64,000 bases of DNA, from IMG/VR virus record IMGVR_UViG_3300007609_001079, positions 37,662 through 101,661 of that record; one strand, 5' to 3'. Origin of the DNA: a virus. The position numbers were made by a program, and so were the translations under genes. The notes beneath the pieces were generated by a model that made no database searches, was not told the DNA's origin, and worked only from the letters and a program-made list of their open reading frames with translations. Below are positions 22,201 through 32,866 of this stretch, one piece after another; the stretch's first letter is position 1; the number at the start of each line of letters is the position of its first letter.

Positions 22201-24298
22201 TTGAACCGCTCGCGATTAAATCATCATAAATGAGTAATCCAACATTATCAGTAAACTTTTCATTAAAGTTTGGTTGTAATGAAATACATTCTTCAACAAC
22301 CTCATCAATAACAGTCATTTGTTCAATCAAAGGAATTGATTGAATCTTAGACATCCAAACTTGTTGGTTGGGTTGAATTGATTTTGGTAGGGGTTCGTAT
22401 AATTTTAAAACTAATGTTTTTACTTCTTTAGTTTTTTCTTCTCTACCAGTTAGAGGGTCTACAACTTCATATTCAGAGAATGTTTCAGTATCAACTCCCC
22501 ATGTAGAGATTAATTTATTATCACCTTCACCTAAATGTAATAAGTGAGTTAAGTATTTTGAATTCTCCGATTGAAGAATACTTTTATCAAATTGCTTAGA
22601 AATTGCTTCACGAATATCTCGTACTACATTTCCTCTACGTAATCTTAAATTTCCTTTATCAAATGAAATTGTAATTTCTTCAGTTTTACCTGCGAAAGTA
22701 GAATCACCTTCATCATTGTATGGAATAAAGAGAAGTTTAAAATCAACTACATCAACTGATTCAGCAAGAGATTTACCAGCTTTGGTTAAAACATCTTTAA
22801 CATTTAAAGTAAGCTGTCCTTGTGCATCTCTTTTAGTTGCAATCTTGGTTTGATTTGAAATTTTACCAACCCACACATCAACCCAATTGGTATTAATAGA
22901 TGTCCAACTAACTCTAAAATCAACATTATATCCTTTAAAATCTTCACCAATAATATTTTCAGGATATGTGATATGTGTTATATCTGGTCCTGCGAATGAT
23001 TTGGTTTCTGAAACATTAATAATTACCTTTGTACTTTCACCACTTCCACCATTATTAGAAACAGGTTGTAAATAAAGTTCAAATGTACCAACACGACCAA
23101 AATCAGATGGTGAAAATCTAACCGTACCATTTGCTGGCAATGTTCGTGTAACATTACCTAATGAGTATGTTACTTTATCTGCAAATGCAGTAGAGTATGA
23201 TATACTTGGCCCACCACCCGCTAAATTATATGATATAGAATTAGAACTTACCGATATAACTGGTTTACCAAATACTGGTGGTTGAATTTCTGGTATTATA
23301 CCTTTACTTGCAGATACATGTAAAGTATAATTTTCTCCAGTAACTAAGTTATATGATTGGTTTGGGGAGGATGAGTTGGATAGTACGTTTCCATTTTTTC
23401 TCAAAGTATATTCAAAATTATACTCTGATGTAGTTGGTGTTATACTAAAAATTCCACTATCATTTGCCTCAAAAACACCTTCTGTTAAATTACCAGAATT
23501 TCCATCAAATGAATAATTTAATAAACTTGAAATAATCGAAGAATCAAACGATACTTCTATTGATACTATTGGATTGGGTTGTATAACGACATCCCAAATA
23601 GAAGTATCCCAATTAATATCCGATGGGAATCTACCACTTTCTGTTTTTGAAACTACAACACCATTTTTAAAAAGTTTTACACCTACATCCCCACGGATTT
23701 GTCTAATGGTATAAACATCTGGGTGTGTTTTTGATTGCCAATTTAATTTAAAAGTATGACCACTGGATGGTATTTCAGATATAGGAAAAATAAATAATTC
23801 TCTTGTTGTAAGAGATTCATCTAAATAAACATTTCCTCTATCTGGTGTCTTTTTTACCATAATAGATACACTTCTCTCTTCAGCAACGATTGAAGAATTC
23901 CCCTCAAACGTAGTTGTTTCTATAACAGGATTAAATGGGTCAAACTGCAAATCAGCAAGTACCGCTTCTGTAATACCCATTAGTTCGTTAGAGGGGGTGG
24001 TGTTTATAGTGTTAGCACCAGGTAATGTTCCAAACGCATTTAACTCAACATTTTCATTTGCATCAAAGTTAATTGATAAATCACCAGTACCAACACCGAT
24101 AATATTTCCAAATCCCGGATTTGGTTCTAAAAAATCATCCAAACGATTTCCCGTTCCAGTTGGACCATTTAATATATTCCAATTTTGCTTGATAATAACA
24201 CCAGAAGAGTTTCTGAGAACTTTCCATTCCCAACGCTCTCCATTTGGATAGGTAAATATTTCACCAGGGAATAATCCACTTCTTAAAGGTTTTGCCAT
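19247..24298 (-). CDS. Large baseplate wedge protein
   Basis: LGWD...ILNNLPYLLKHKGSKRAL segment (P2 gpI/T4 gp7-like), LamG-like SIDEVRLW region; adjacent to gp6/gp25 homologues. Confidence 0.6.
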   Translation of the reverse strand: MAKPLRSGLFPGEIFTYPNGERWEWKVLRNSSGVIIKQNWNILNGPTGTGNRLDDFLEPNPGFGNIIGVGTGDLSINFDANENVELNAFGTLPGANTINTTPSNELMGITEAVLADLQFDPFNPVIETTTFEGNSSIVAEERSVSIMVKKTPDRGNVYLDESLTTRELFIFPISEIPSSGHTFKLNWQSKTHPDVYTIRQIRGDVGVKLFKNGVVVSKTESGRFPSDINWDTSIWDVVIQPNPIVSIEVSFDSSIISSLLNYSFDGNSGNLTEGVFEANDSGIFSITPTTSEYNFEYTLRKNGNVLSNSSSPNQSYNLVTGENYTLHVSASKGIIPEIQPPVFGKPVISVSSNSISYNLAGGGPSISYSTAFADKVTYSLGNVTRTLPANGTVRFSPSDFGRVGTFELYLQPVSNNGGSGESTKVIINVSETKSFAGPDITHITYPENIIGEDFKGYNVDFRVSWTSINTNWVDVWVGKISNQTKIATKRDAQGQLTLNVKDVLTKAGKSLAESVDVVDFKLLFIPYNDEGDSTFAGKTEEITISFDKGNLRLRRGNVVRDIREAISKQFDKSILQSENSKYLTHLLHLGEGDNKLISTWGVDTETFSEYEVVDPLTGREEKTKEVKTLVLKLYEPLPKSIQPNQQVWMSKIQSIPLIEQMTVIDEVVEECISLQPNFNEKFTDNVGLLIYDDLIASGSTSSTDLVNQFVSGSGFDLKKLDIQFTSSNGNYVWENFVKYSSAEERVENYIYKVNLIDFYNQRIDLVTSGSEYTSSISLSNEKERLESQINGVVVGFDAFENHLYISGENASNLLSDARTYDYNNINGLVRNLPQHVQDDDEGQEFVLFFHMLGQHFDTLWLHTKALAESKKLEHKYESGIKDEFLYQMLESLGWDADMGVQSQALWEYAYGNWNADGDERDIDESRGSVLKGKENQNQIWRRILNNLPYLLKHKGSKRALHALMSCYGIPSSMLTVMEFGGPRDVNESGTTKFTYDDRTASINVGGSAAITIPWKEYSGTNDYPNSFEIRLSTEERVDQRIVSGSGWSLHLLKDTGSHAKVELKVLEGSTLVSQSTNPFPFYNDEFTHITINKSVVGGNDTFEIFAKEGFQERIRNEVSTSFSVSGTSGWTSGSELVIGGSTLTASIDEVRLWTTPLLESVIDNHTLLPDAINGNHNSASTEDLLLRLDFEYPKDRGTDVSIKNVAIKQTYETHATASNFDSISEYPYNYTPYERTVTAQVPQSGFNYSNKVRFETQYNLDGSEIGEDGLGLSYRERSTQKSYEQSPIDSDRLGLFFSPIKEINMDILRSVGPINIDDFIGNPSDDYNDSYKDLTTFREYYFQRYNLNFNEYVQLVRYIDRTLFDQLESLVPARAKVAKGLLIEPHILERSKTKWNRPSGEENYHEVSIDTTEDTIVTSEELTKLALVSTSEDIHVSTEQPFYDGYVSGGADVNIISDISNLDGTFVTTNSSIQSGFIQRNEEATMGGFEFNIDAKMTGSVDAFYDSTTFTEVGGFGNNDLAVAGFNLFGSGSYSIRTRLDGNGNIIKDRVKVFKVKERYTEAERQQISGYPTTTGSNDYVIYDVVDVDKFREFVTILPWNGDDITNTIDRTVTPLNGTFSTHYRFVEDVSTGLENSYYNGSKQTHLTTLDGGDAVQTFTTNPNTLRVNDSGRGSGEPILEVD

Positions 24299-26040
24299 TA
24301 TAATTCTCTCCCCTTAGTTGTTTGTGTTTTAGCTGTAACTTTAGTTACAGGTTGAGTTGATTTTTGTCTACTCAATAATCTTTCTCTTGCAGCGAGTTGT
24401 TCATTAGAAGTAAAGTTTCCTCTACCTGTTTCTGGTTCTAAAATTTGATTAGGTTGTTGAACAACTGATGAACCTGGAGTTCTACCAAGGCCTTGTGATA
24501 AATCACCAGTCCCACCTACTAATAATTCCTTTGCATTCATTATTATATTATTAGCATTTGTGTTTGCAATTTGAGCAACTCCATTTATATTTTCCATTCT
24601 AACTTCATCATCAAATCCAATTCCACGAACATCTATATCTCGTTGGTCTGTAAATATGTTGGGTGATTTAGTAGTATTCTTTTCTCTATCACCAAGTGGT
24701 ATTACAGCAGTTGTACCATCATCTTGTATTAAAATTGATGTATCGTATTCTAAGGTTGGGAAAACCTCAAATGGCCTATCATCCTTTGGTAATGGGAATA
24801 TACAAACTCCCGGTAGTCCATAATTTAAAGCAGCTGGATTTTCACACAACATTGGTTTTGGTGGTTGGGGTGGGTCTAATTCTATTGGGTCTGATTCTAT
24901 TTTAATTTTAGTATCACGTGGTTCATCGATAACAACATTTTCGGATGTATCTGCATAGATACACATATCAGGTACACTTATAGTTGCATTTGGATTATAT
25001 GTTCTTGCATTTGGGTCCATACAACCGGGTATTCCTGCTTCTACACTTGGTGGTATTGTAGATGAATAATTTTTATTACTCGTTACTGTTTTTAAAATCT
25101 CACCAACCTTATCTAATGTTTCTTGTTGTTCAATGGTTAAAGAAGTTTCTTCTTGTATATTCCGTTTTGGTAAATAATATTCAATACAACTACCAATAAT
25201 ACTCGTTACCGTATCCATGATTTCATTTGTATCATAACACAATTGAGGTATAGTACTTTTTGGTTGTCCAAAGTTATTTGAAAGAATATTGTACTCTCTA
25301 TTATTTTTATAATGATTTACAGCCTGTACAAACTTTTCTTTTACGTTTTGTAAATATATTTCAAAGTTTTGTATTTTGAATTCTTCAATAATTAAATTGA
25401 TATAATTCTGACCAGATTCAACTGTACCTTTTAAGGTTAACATATTTTCCAATGCCTTCTGAACATCAAATTGTTCTACGAATTCATCTAATAGTGGAAG
25501 AACATCTGCTCCAAAAGTTTTACCTTGAATCAAACATTGATATCTTTCATTTAAATCAGAATTGGGTTTTCCATTTTCATCAATAGTTGGTAGGATTCTA
25601 ATCTCAGTTCTTGATGGAGAAATCTCGTGTATCCAAGTAGTATCGTTTTCTTTACCATCGGAACCCAACCTTCTATTTAACAAAGAAATTTGAGATTTAA
25701 ATATTCCATTAGAATACCCAGCTTCTTTAATTAACTTTTCAACATCTACGAAGAATTCTTCTGCTTGGTTTGATTTTATATTTTGTTTATTGATTTGGGC
25801 TTTACCAAAGTAATCTTTTTTGGTATCATCATTATACTCAATATATCTTGCAGTTTTACCTTTAGCAGATTCTTGCGGTAATGGATTATCATTTGAATCA
25901 TAAAGAACAAACTCAATAGTATCACCTATATTAATACCAAAGTAACCCTTGGAGATTTCTCTCTCAAAGATTTTTCTATCTTTGTCATCAACAAGATATC
26001 CTTTAGTATCTTCTATTTTTTTAAAGTTATCTATTGCCAT
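24298..26040 (-). CDS. Virion structural protein, hypothetical
   Basis: In the baseplate operon; EISPSRTEIRI motif; GCMDPNARTYNPNA Cys repeat. Confidence 0.55.
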   Translation of the reverse strand: MAIDNFKKIEDTKGYLVDDKDRKIFEREISKGYFGINIGDTIEFVLYDSNDNPLPQESAKGKTARYIEYNDDTKKDYFGKAQINKQNIKSNQAEEFFVDVEKLIKEAGYSNGIFKSQISLLNRRLGSDGKENDTTWIHEISPSRTEIRILPTIDENGKPNSDLNERYQCLIQGKTFGADVLPLLDEFVEQFDVQKALENMLTLKGTVESGQNYINLIIEEFKIQNFEIYLQNVKEKFVQAVNHYKNNREYNILSNNFGQPKSTIPQLCYDTNEIMDTVTSIIGSCIEYYLPKRNIQEETSLTIEQQETLDKVGEILKTVTSNKNYSSTIPPSVEAGIPGCMDPNARTYNPNATISVPDMCIYADTSENVVIDEPRDTKIKIESDPIELDPPQPPKPMLCENPAALNYGLPGVCIFPLPKDDRPFEVFPTLEYDTSILIQDDGTTAVIPLGDREKNTTKSPNIFTDQRDIDVRGIGFDDEVRMENINGVAQIANTNANNIIMNAKELLVGGTGDLSQGLGRTPGSSVVQQPNQILEPETGRGNFTSNEQLAARERLLSRQKSTQPVTKVTAKTQTTKGREL

Positions 26041-26043
26041 TTC

Positions 26044-27222
26044 TTAGGTTTTCTCTTGACCCACATTAACTGATGTGTTCCCACGTGTACCCCACGTATC
26101 TTTTCTATCAACTTCTCGTTCGTATGATGCTCTAATTCTATGTGTTTCTCCCAAAGAGGTTTGTACTAATACATTCCCCTCAAATGTTCTATTTCGTTTA
26201 CCTTTAGTATCATCGGTTTTATTTAACCATTGAAGTGTTACAAACCCCTTACCAGCTTCAGAACCTTGTCTTGGTGGTATTGTTATTGATGGTGGAACTT
26301 TTAACCACTTTCTCGCCTCGACATCTAATGATAAATTAAATGTTTGTTCTTCTTCGGCAAAATTATATAAATTAATAGCCGTACCTTGTAATGTATCTAC
26401 TTTATTATCATCTTTGGTTCTGATGTAAAGAACTCTATCTTGACGTTTTAATTCAGATTGTGGTAGTTTCCAACCGGATTTTGCTTTTTGGTCAAACGTA
26501 CCCGCCCTACCATCTAAAGCTTCACCCGCAGCTTGTCTAACTTGTTCAGCTTCAATTTGTTGTTGTTGTATTTCAATTTGTCCTCGTAGAGCTTTAACTA
26601 TATTATTTAATGCTTGTAATTGTTGTCTTAACGCCTCTTTTTGTGCAATCAAACCTTCTGTTTGAGCTTTTAGAGAAACTCTCTCAATACCCTCTTTAGT
26701 TGATTTTACAATTGCAGTAGAGAAATCTTGTAGTAGAGTTGTATATCTATCATTCGTTGCTTGTGCTTCGTTTTGAGCAGCTGCGGTTTGTAATGATAAA
26801 GCATCCATTTGAATTAATAAAGATTCAACTTGTGCTTCCAATGAAGCAACTTGAGAACGTAAATCTCGTGTAATAGCTTTTTCAGCAGCAAGTTCAGCAG
26901 AAACATCTAAGAACCTCTGTCTCATATCCTCAAATACCGGTCTTGGAACTACATCAGGACTTTCTGGTCTTGGTTCTGTAATTAACTCATCTACGATAGT
27001 ATCTACCGATTTTTTGAGTTCTTCCTCGTTGTATTTGGGTTTTTCGATTCTACCAATTAATTCACCATCTCTCTCACCTTTGATGTGTTCGTATGGTTCA
27101 GTTAAAACCTCCTTAGAACCAATGGTAAATGTATGATTGCCCGATACTACATCTTTAGAGATGATAGCACGAGAACCACTACTGATTAACTCACCTATTC
27201 TAAATTGATTATCTATTGCCAT
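26044..27222 (-). CDS. Coiled-coil virion protein, hypothetical
   Basis: Long A/Q/E heptad region; located in the structural operon. Confidence 0.55.
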   Translation of the reverse strand: MAIDNQFRIGELISSGSRAIISKDVVSGNHTFTIGSKEVLTEPYEHIKGERDGELIGRIEKPKYNEEELKKSVDTIVDELITEPRPESPDVVPRPVFEDMRQRFLDVSAELAAEKAITRDLRSQVASLEAQVESLLIQMDALSLQTAAAQNEAQATNDRYTTLLQDFSTAIVKSTKEGIERVSLKAQTEGLIAQKEALRQQLQALNNIVKALRGQIEIQQQQIEAEQVRQAAGEALDGRAGTFDQKAKSGWKLPQSELKRQDRVLYIRTKDDNKVDTLQGTAINLYNFAEEEQTFNLSLDVEARKWLKVPPSITIPPRQGSEAGKGFVTLQWLNKTDDTKGKRNRTFEGNVLVQTSLGETHRIRASYEREVDRKDTWGTRGNTSVNVGQEKT

Positions 27223-27225
27223 TTA

Positions 27226-28284
27226 TTATTTTTCTACTGTAAAGGTTAAATCTTTATCTTCAAAGTATTCAATTACCCCATCTCTTTCAACTTTAATTTC
27301 CAAATAGTAATCTCTTTGTGTTTCCCAATTTTTTAAATTGAGTTTAAAGAAGTTACCATTAGAATCACAACTTACTTTTGTGTAATCTGAAAAAGGAATA
27401 ATCACCTCTTCAGTAATTACATCTTTTACTTGATAATAAGTAGTAGAAGGTAAGAATTTCACATCGTTGTAAGCATATAGATTACTATATGTTTTAAGTG
27501 GATACTTCTCTCTACCGAACACTCTAATCTCAGGTGAACTACCAACCTTATATCTTGTTTTTAATCTCTTAAACGTTACGTGAATATCATCAGAAGTAAG
27601 TTCAGTAAGAGAACCAGTCTCAAAGGTGGAATCATCCCAACCAATTCTTAATTTAGGTTGGTAGATTGTATTAGTTTCTTTACCAAAGAATTTTAGTTGT
27701 CCGTAATCTTCGGTATCATTTTCTAAAACTGAATCGTGTTTGATAATCCAACCATTGTTTGGAAGTGAACCATCTAACCAAGATTGTAGTGGAGTAATAA
27801 CATCCATAACTACATCTGAAGTTTCGTATGAGAATGATTGAGTTGCAACTGATGATGTGTACCATGTACCACCTTTACCATTAAAAGAACCAGTTGTACC
27901 ACTTACATAATCACCCTCCAACCAACCAGTTCCAGTGGTTTTAGAATTCCAAGTTACACCATCAGTAGAAATCTCATCAAAACGAGTCCCAATTCCCATA
28001 TCCCAATCTTGATAAATTGGATGTGCGAAGATTGTATAATCAACAGGTATTTCCGAAGATTCACATTCTCTCAAAATAAGTTCAGCTGAACTCATAGTAA
28101 CCTCTCCACTTACAAGTGATGATGATAGTGATGTGGTATCAAACTTAATTAATGAATGTGCAATATCTTTTAAGTTTCCATAATAAGTTTTAGAAACTTC
28201 TAATATCTCATCTAACCCAGTATTCTGACTAGGTTGTTGTAAGTATATGGTTGCATCTTTTGATGCTGTTAAAAACTGATACAT
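27226..28284 (-). CDS. Structural protein with DNRLRE-like beta-sandwich domain
   Basis: KDATIY...NTG...SLIKFD...AELIL...W...TW...NNGWII...PKL pattern. Confidence 0.5.
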   Translation of the reverse strand: MYQFLTASKDATIYLQQPSQNTGLDEILEVSKTYYGNLKDIAHSLIKFDTTSLSSSLVSGEVTMSSAELILRECESSEIPVDYTIFAHPIYQDWDMGIGTRFDEISTDGVTWNSKTTGTGWLEGDYVSGTTGSFNGKGGTWYTSSVATQSFSYETSDVVMDVITPLQSWLDGSLPNNGWIIKHDSVLENDTEDYGQLKFFGKETNTIYQPKLRIGWDDSTFETGSLTELTSDDIHVTFKRLKTRYKVGSSPEIRVFGREKYPLKTYSNLYAYNDVKFLPSTTYYQVKDVITEEVIIPFSDYTKVSCDSNGNFFKLNLKNWETQRDYYLEIKVERDGVIEYFEDKDLTFTVEK

Positions 28285-30308
28285 TAAACAACCCTCCCTT
28301 TTATATCTTTATTTGGGTACTTCACTTCAAACACCGATGGGTCTAATGAAGGATATACCATTTTATTTTTAGTTGCGTTTGGAATGTTATAACTTACGTT
28401 AGAATAATTGCCACCACATTTATTTGTTACTTCACATTTAGGAACCGACTGTACACCCTCTACCCCTGCAATAATCAATTCTAATTCAGAAATGTTTATT
28501 GGCATGTTAAAAGTCCAATCATCGATGTTTAAGTAATTTTTTATTTCTGTTATACACTTAACAAGAACTTCTTGTTTATTATACCCACCATATACTCTTA
28601 TTTCAAAATCAACACCAACGTTGATAATAAACCCATTTAATATGTTTACACCATCGGTTAATAATCTGTATTCACTTAAATACGTTTTTAGATTTTCTTT
28701 AACTGCCCTATTTAATAAATTTAAATTTTTATTTGAATCATATCCTAACACGTATAAGTTAATTGCAAAAGGATTGTTCTTTTCTTTTGAATTGGTTTGT
28801 TTGCCAATTAAGAAAGTATTTACTTCGTTTTTAATTTCTTGTTCTGATAAATCTTTTTCTTTTAAAGAGGTTACCAAATCAGTAAATTCTTGTAACGAAT
28901 TTGGATTTGATAAAATAGATGCAGGAGAATTATTATCCAATTCACCATCAGGTGCACAATATACTTTTGCAATCCCACCATATTTCGCCGGTAAAGATAA
29001 TGCTCTTACTTGATAATCTTTACGAGTTACTGCTCTGTTTTGAGAACCAAAGTTTGCAAGTGCATTTTGTCTAATTTCTTCTAAAGTTTCTATACCACGA
29101 CCACCAACAGCGGGTTCTTCATTATCAACTGCAATCGATGATTTACAAAAATTATATAAAGGTATTAAATCTTGGTCAAACGTAGTTATATCTTCATCAA
29201 ATGAAATAGATGATATTCTTGTTAAATTATTTTTTGATACATTTGAAGATATACCACCACCAACTAAATAAGAAACTGTTAGTGTTGTATTAGATGGGGA
29301 TTGTCCATATGAATTTGTTTTCAAAAAGTTAGCAGGGTCGAATGATGCCCCTAATTTATTAATAGAAGAATTTAATCCAAGACCTACATTTTTTAAATTA
29401 GGTATTAGAGTTTCATCATTACTATTTTCACCACCACCAAATATCAATGAAGTGGTTCCATCGGTATTTATTTTTCTAACAAATCTACGAGATGTTTTAA
29501 CTAATTTTAAAATACTTGGAACTGAATTTTTGAATTGTGATAAATCTTTATCAAATTGTTCTGTATTTGGATAATCTACATAAACCATATCTTGTGCAAG
29601 ATACGGAACTTCATACCACTTATTACCACTTGAATCACGAACATCATAAATATCAATAACGTTTGTATCAGAGATATTTATTTGAGAAAATTCTTGAGAA
29701 GTACCAAATGATTGTGTTTGGGTTTTTAATTCCGCAGAAATACAATTAACATATTTTTTTACTAAATATAATGATGGATAATTTGTGAGAGAATCTCTTT
29801 CATAAATAGTAATTTCTCTATCATTTGAATCAGAAAAATCTACAATATCTGTTGTTCTAAATTGTACTCCATTATTCGATTCAACACCCAATCCTTCTTT
29901 TAATCTTAAATAAAAATTCTCATCCGGTTCAAAATTATCACCAGTACCACTTGACCTTCTTTTACTTGGTACTAGTTGGAATACCGATAATCTAGTTAAT
30001 GCAGGTGAAGTTACTTTAGGTTTGTATCCAAGTACATTTGCCAGTTCAATAACACTCTCAGAATCCTCTGCTGTTGTTATTAGGGATTCCTTTAAAGTAT
30101 CATCAATATAATATCCAAGAACATCTCCTAAGTAAGATGCCATTTCAATGAACATCATACCTGGTGATGATTCATTAAAATCAGTATAGGTTTGTGGGAA
30201 ATATGTTTTAGCGTACTCGATTAGATTTTGTCTAAATTGTCCAAAATCTTTATTGAGATATTTTATATCTCTACCTCTATTTTTTTTATTTGTGGTGTTA
30301 AGTGTCAT
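28284..30308 (-). CDS. Baseplate wedge protein (T4 gp6 / P2 gpJ-like)
   Basis: KDFGQFRQNL...YTDFNESSPG...LGYKP; GG...ETLEEIRQNA...QNRAVTRKDY. Confidence 0.85.
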   Translation of the reverse strand: MTLNTTNKKNRGRDIKYLNKDFGQFRQNLIEYAKTYFPQTYTDFNESSPGMMFIEMASYLGDVLGYYIDDTLKESLITTAEDSESVIELANVLGYKPKVTSPALTRLSVFQLVPSKRRSSGTGDNFEPDENFYLRLKEGLGVESNNGVQFRTTDIVDFSDSNDREITIYERDSLTNYPSLYLVKKYVNCISAELKTQTQSFGTSQEFSQINISDTNVIDIYDVRDSSGNKWYEVPYLAQDMVYVDYPNTEQFDKDLSQFKNSVPSILKLVKTSRRFVRKINTDGTTSLIFGGGENSNDETLIPNLKNVGLGLNSSINKLGASFDPANFLKTNSYGQSPSNTTLTVSYLVGGGISSNVSKNNLTRISSISFDEDITTFDQDLIPLYNFCKSSIAVDNEEPAVGGRGIETLEEIRQNALANFGSQNRAVTRKDYQVRALSLPAKYGGIAKVYCAPDGELDNNSPASILSNPNSLQEFTDLVTSLKEKDLSEQEIKNEVNTFLIGKQTNSKEKNNPFAINLYVLGYDSNKNLNLLNRAVKENLKTYLSEYRLLTDGVNILNGFIINVGVDFEIRVYGGYNKQEVLVKCITEIKNYLNIDDWTFNMPINISELELIIAGVEGVQSVPKCEVTNKCGGNYSNVSYNIPNATKNKMVYPSLDPSVFEVKYPNKDIKGRVV

Positions 30309-30312
30309 TATA

Positions 30313-30744
30313 TTATCCCTGTACTGTAAATGTTAGTTCTTGTGTTTCTATATTATTACCAACGGTGAATTCAATTTTCATACCAGCGGTATGTCTATCT
30401 TTCATTTCATCGCTCATATCAACTTCAATATTTTCAACTGTAATATATGGTAACCAAAAACTTACAGAGTTAGTAATCATTTCTTGTAACTTTTGTTCAA
30501 ATGCGTTATCCATTGGTTCAAACAATAGTGAGTGAAGTCCTGTTCCAAATTGTGGTTGCATTACGCGTTCACCTCTTTTTGTTAAAAGTAGATTTCTTAA
30601 ATTAGCTTTTGCCGCATCAAGAGATGTAAATGTTTGTTCAAACATAACATTCCCTCTTTTTGTTGGTGAGGTAATACCATAAGCAACAGAATCAAATTCT
30701 GTTTCAGTATCTTTAATTACTTTTCTACCAATTACGTAAGCCAC
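30313..30744 (-). CDS. Baseplate wedge subunit gp25 (GPW/gp25 family)
   Basis: NLRNLLLTKRGERVMQPQFGTGLHSLLFEP signature. Confidence 0.9.
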   Translation of the reverse strand: MAYVIGRKVIKDTETEFDSVAYGITSPTKRGNVMFEQTFTSLDAAKANLRNLLLTKRGERVMQPQFGTGLHSLLFEPMDNAFEQKLQEMITNSVSFWLPYITVENIEVDMSDEMKDRHTAGMKIEFTVGNNIETQELTFTVQG

Positions 30745-30755
30745 TTATAATCTCC

Positions 30756-31397
30756 CTATATCTTAAACTTTTTTACAAGTTCTGAATTATCTCTATTTAA
30801 TATTCTATCTAAACCAGGTAATCCTGTCTGAACTCCTAATCCTGTTTTTTTAACTCCAACTCCCCCCATGTTACCATATCCCATTTTTTGAGCCATTTGA
30901 GCTCTCATAGCACCACTTCCACCAGCTCCTAATGAAGAATCCATATTAATGGTTTGTTCAATATCTGGTTCTGCATCCATATAGGATGGTATGTGTGTAT
31001 TTTCTTGAATCGGTGCTTGTTGTGGTAATCCATCTAATACTGATTTATTACTCCCACCAACTTGACCACCATTTCGTTGTGCTGAACTAAAAGGTTGGGT
31101 TTGGTTTAAGATATTATTAAGAACTGGGTTCTTAGTAAATTGTTTTTGTTCTTGAACTTGTGTTCTTTCTTGTTGTAATACATTATTGGCAGCTTCAAAT
31201 GGGTCTACTTCTTCCACAACATTCGCGGAGGAAGCGGACACACCTCCCTTCACCTCTTTTAGAGCCTTTTTGACTCTACGATTTACCTCTTCCTCTAATA
31301 TTTTAGGGAAGGTTTTAGAAAGAAATTGCTCTTGTCTTTTAGCAACTTCAGCTTCTACGATTACTTTAATTAGTTTTGCTAATTTTTTTGAATCCAT
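30756..31397 (-). CDS. Hypothetical late protein
   Basis: Late motif upstream; first gene of the gp25 operon. Confidence 0.6.
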   Translation of the reverse strand: MDSKKLAKLIKVIVEAEVAKRQEQFLSKTFPKILEEEVNRRVKKALKEVKGGVSASSANVVEEVDPFEAANNVLQQERTQVQEQKQFTKNPVLNNILNQTQPFSSAQRNGGQVGGSNKSVLDGLPQQAPIQENTHIPSYMDAEPDIEQTINMDSSLGAGGSGAMRAQMAQKMGYGNMGGVGVKKTGLGVQTGLPGLDRILNRDNSELVKKFKI

Positions 31398-31450
31398 TTT
31401 TAATTATTTGTTATTATCTTAGTATAAATATATTCTCGTTAAGTTTATGG

Positions 31451-32863
31451 TTATTCACACCCATCTGGTAGAACAAATCCCAAATACTTTTTGGGTACTT
31501 TTTGAAATACACCACATCCATTTCTACTAAACCCACCACCACTTGTGTTTCCCTCAATAGTGGTTACAATACCATCGGGTGTAACTCCTGCCACAATTCC
31601 AATGTGATGTGCATCTGATGGTGAACCATATAAAACTGCTGCTCCTATCTTTGGCTTACTTGACCACTTACCATTACTCTTACCCCATGCCATCCAATTA
31701 TCACAACTTGCACCACCACTTGGAGTTTTTAATCCGGCCTCTTGCCACCAAGTTGAAACAGCGGCTGCACACCAATAATATCCACTACCATCTTTTCTAA
31801 CTTTAGCTTGATTATCTAAGCCAACATTATCAAACATATCATCAATTCTACCTCGTCTGTTATTCTGAACACCGCCTGGAAATCCCCCATAGTTTAGACC
31901 AGGTGGAGTACCTGTTTCTAAAATTCCAATATCCCTTTTAGCAATTGCCACTATCTTAGTACCAATTTCACATTTATATTCATCTGGTGTTTCATCTTCG
32001 ATAGACTGTAATTCTTCTTCTGTTAAATTAACAGTTAAAGCGTTAACCTTTCCACTTGATATTTCTTTTTCTTTTAGTCCTACATATTCTCTGGCAGAAG
32101 ATTTACCAATGGGTGGTAACGTTGTATCTTCTAATACAATTTTTGCTTCTTCTACTTCTATTTTAGCTGATTCGATTTGTTCTGAACTCATTGAATCATC
32201 TTGTTCAAAAACATTTTTAATTTTTTCAACAACTTTAGCAAATACACCAGGTTCTTGAATTGGTGGAGATGTTGATGGACTAGCCGGAGTTAATGTGTAT
32301 CCAGTTAGTGAAATGAATCCCGATAAGGGTGGAATAAGAGGAAACCCTGTATATAAAGAAATGGTTGTACAACTAAATTGTATTGTTGTTAAATGTATTT
32401 GTGCATATAGAATAAATAAATCTAAAAAATTACCAGCAGAATCGGTTGGTTGTTCGGGTGGAGTTTCCGGCCATTTACCTGGATTAGAAACTATACCACC
32501 TGTTAATGCTATATTAAGGAACGAACCTACTGCTGGTATTTGTGGTGGTATCTGTGCTAGTTGGGCACCACTCCAATAACCAATAATAGCCTGACCGATG
32601 CTCTTTAACCACTTATGTTTGCCCGTTTCGGATTTAGTTAACGCAATTGAACATGCTGATATCATTAATTTTTCCATCACTTCAGTATTACCTTTAATAA
32701 GTGGAAGTGGTAATCCAAAAATTCCCCGTGTAGTAACACTACCAGGTTTCATTGCAGTATCGTATGCAGTAGTGAATTGTTTAGCAAAATCTTCTTTGGA
32801 TTTAACTCCATTGGGATTATCCATATAGGATTTCATTATATTTTTAAAGATATCCCAAGACAT
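31451..32863 (-). CDS. Virion-associated CHAP-domain peptidoglycan hydrolase
   Basis: YWCAAAVS (catalytic Cys), HHIGIV (His), TIEGNT; next to the baseplate hub gene. Confidence 0.8.
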   Translation of the reverse strand: MSWDIFKNIMKSYMDNPNGVKSKEDFAKQFTTAYDTAMKPGSVTTRGIFGLPLPLIKGNTEVMEKLMISACSIALTKSETGKHKWLKSIGQAIIGYWSGAQLAQIPPQIPAVGSFLNIALTGGIVSNPGKWPETPPEQPTDSAGNFLDLFILYAQIHLTTIQFSCTTISLYTGFPLIPPLSGFISLTGYTLTPASPSTSPPIQEPGVFAKVVEKIKNVFEQDDSMSSEQIESAKIEVEEAKIVLEDTTLPPIGKSSAREYVGLKEKEISSGKVNALTVNLTEEELQSIEDETPDEYKCEIGTKIVAIAKRDIGILETGTPPGLNYGGFPGGVQNNRRGRIDDMFDNVGLDNQAKVRKDGSGYYWCAAAVSTWWQEAGLKTPSGGASCDNWMAWGKSNGKWSSKPKIGAAVLYGSPSDAHHIGIVAGVTPDGIVTTIEGNTSGGGFSRNGCGVFQKVPKKYLGFVLPDGCE

Positions 32864-32866
32864 GAT

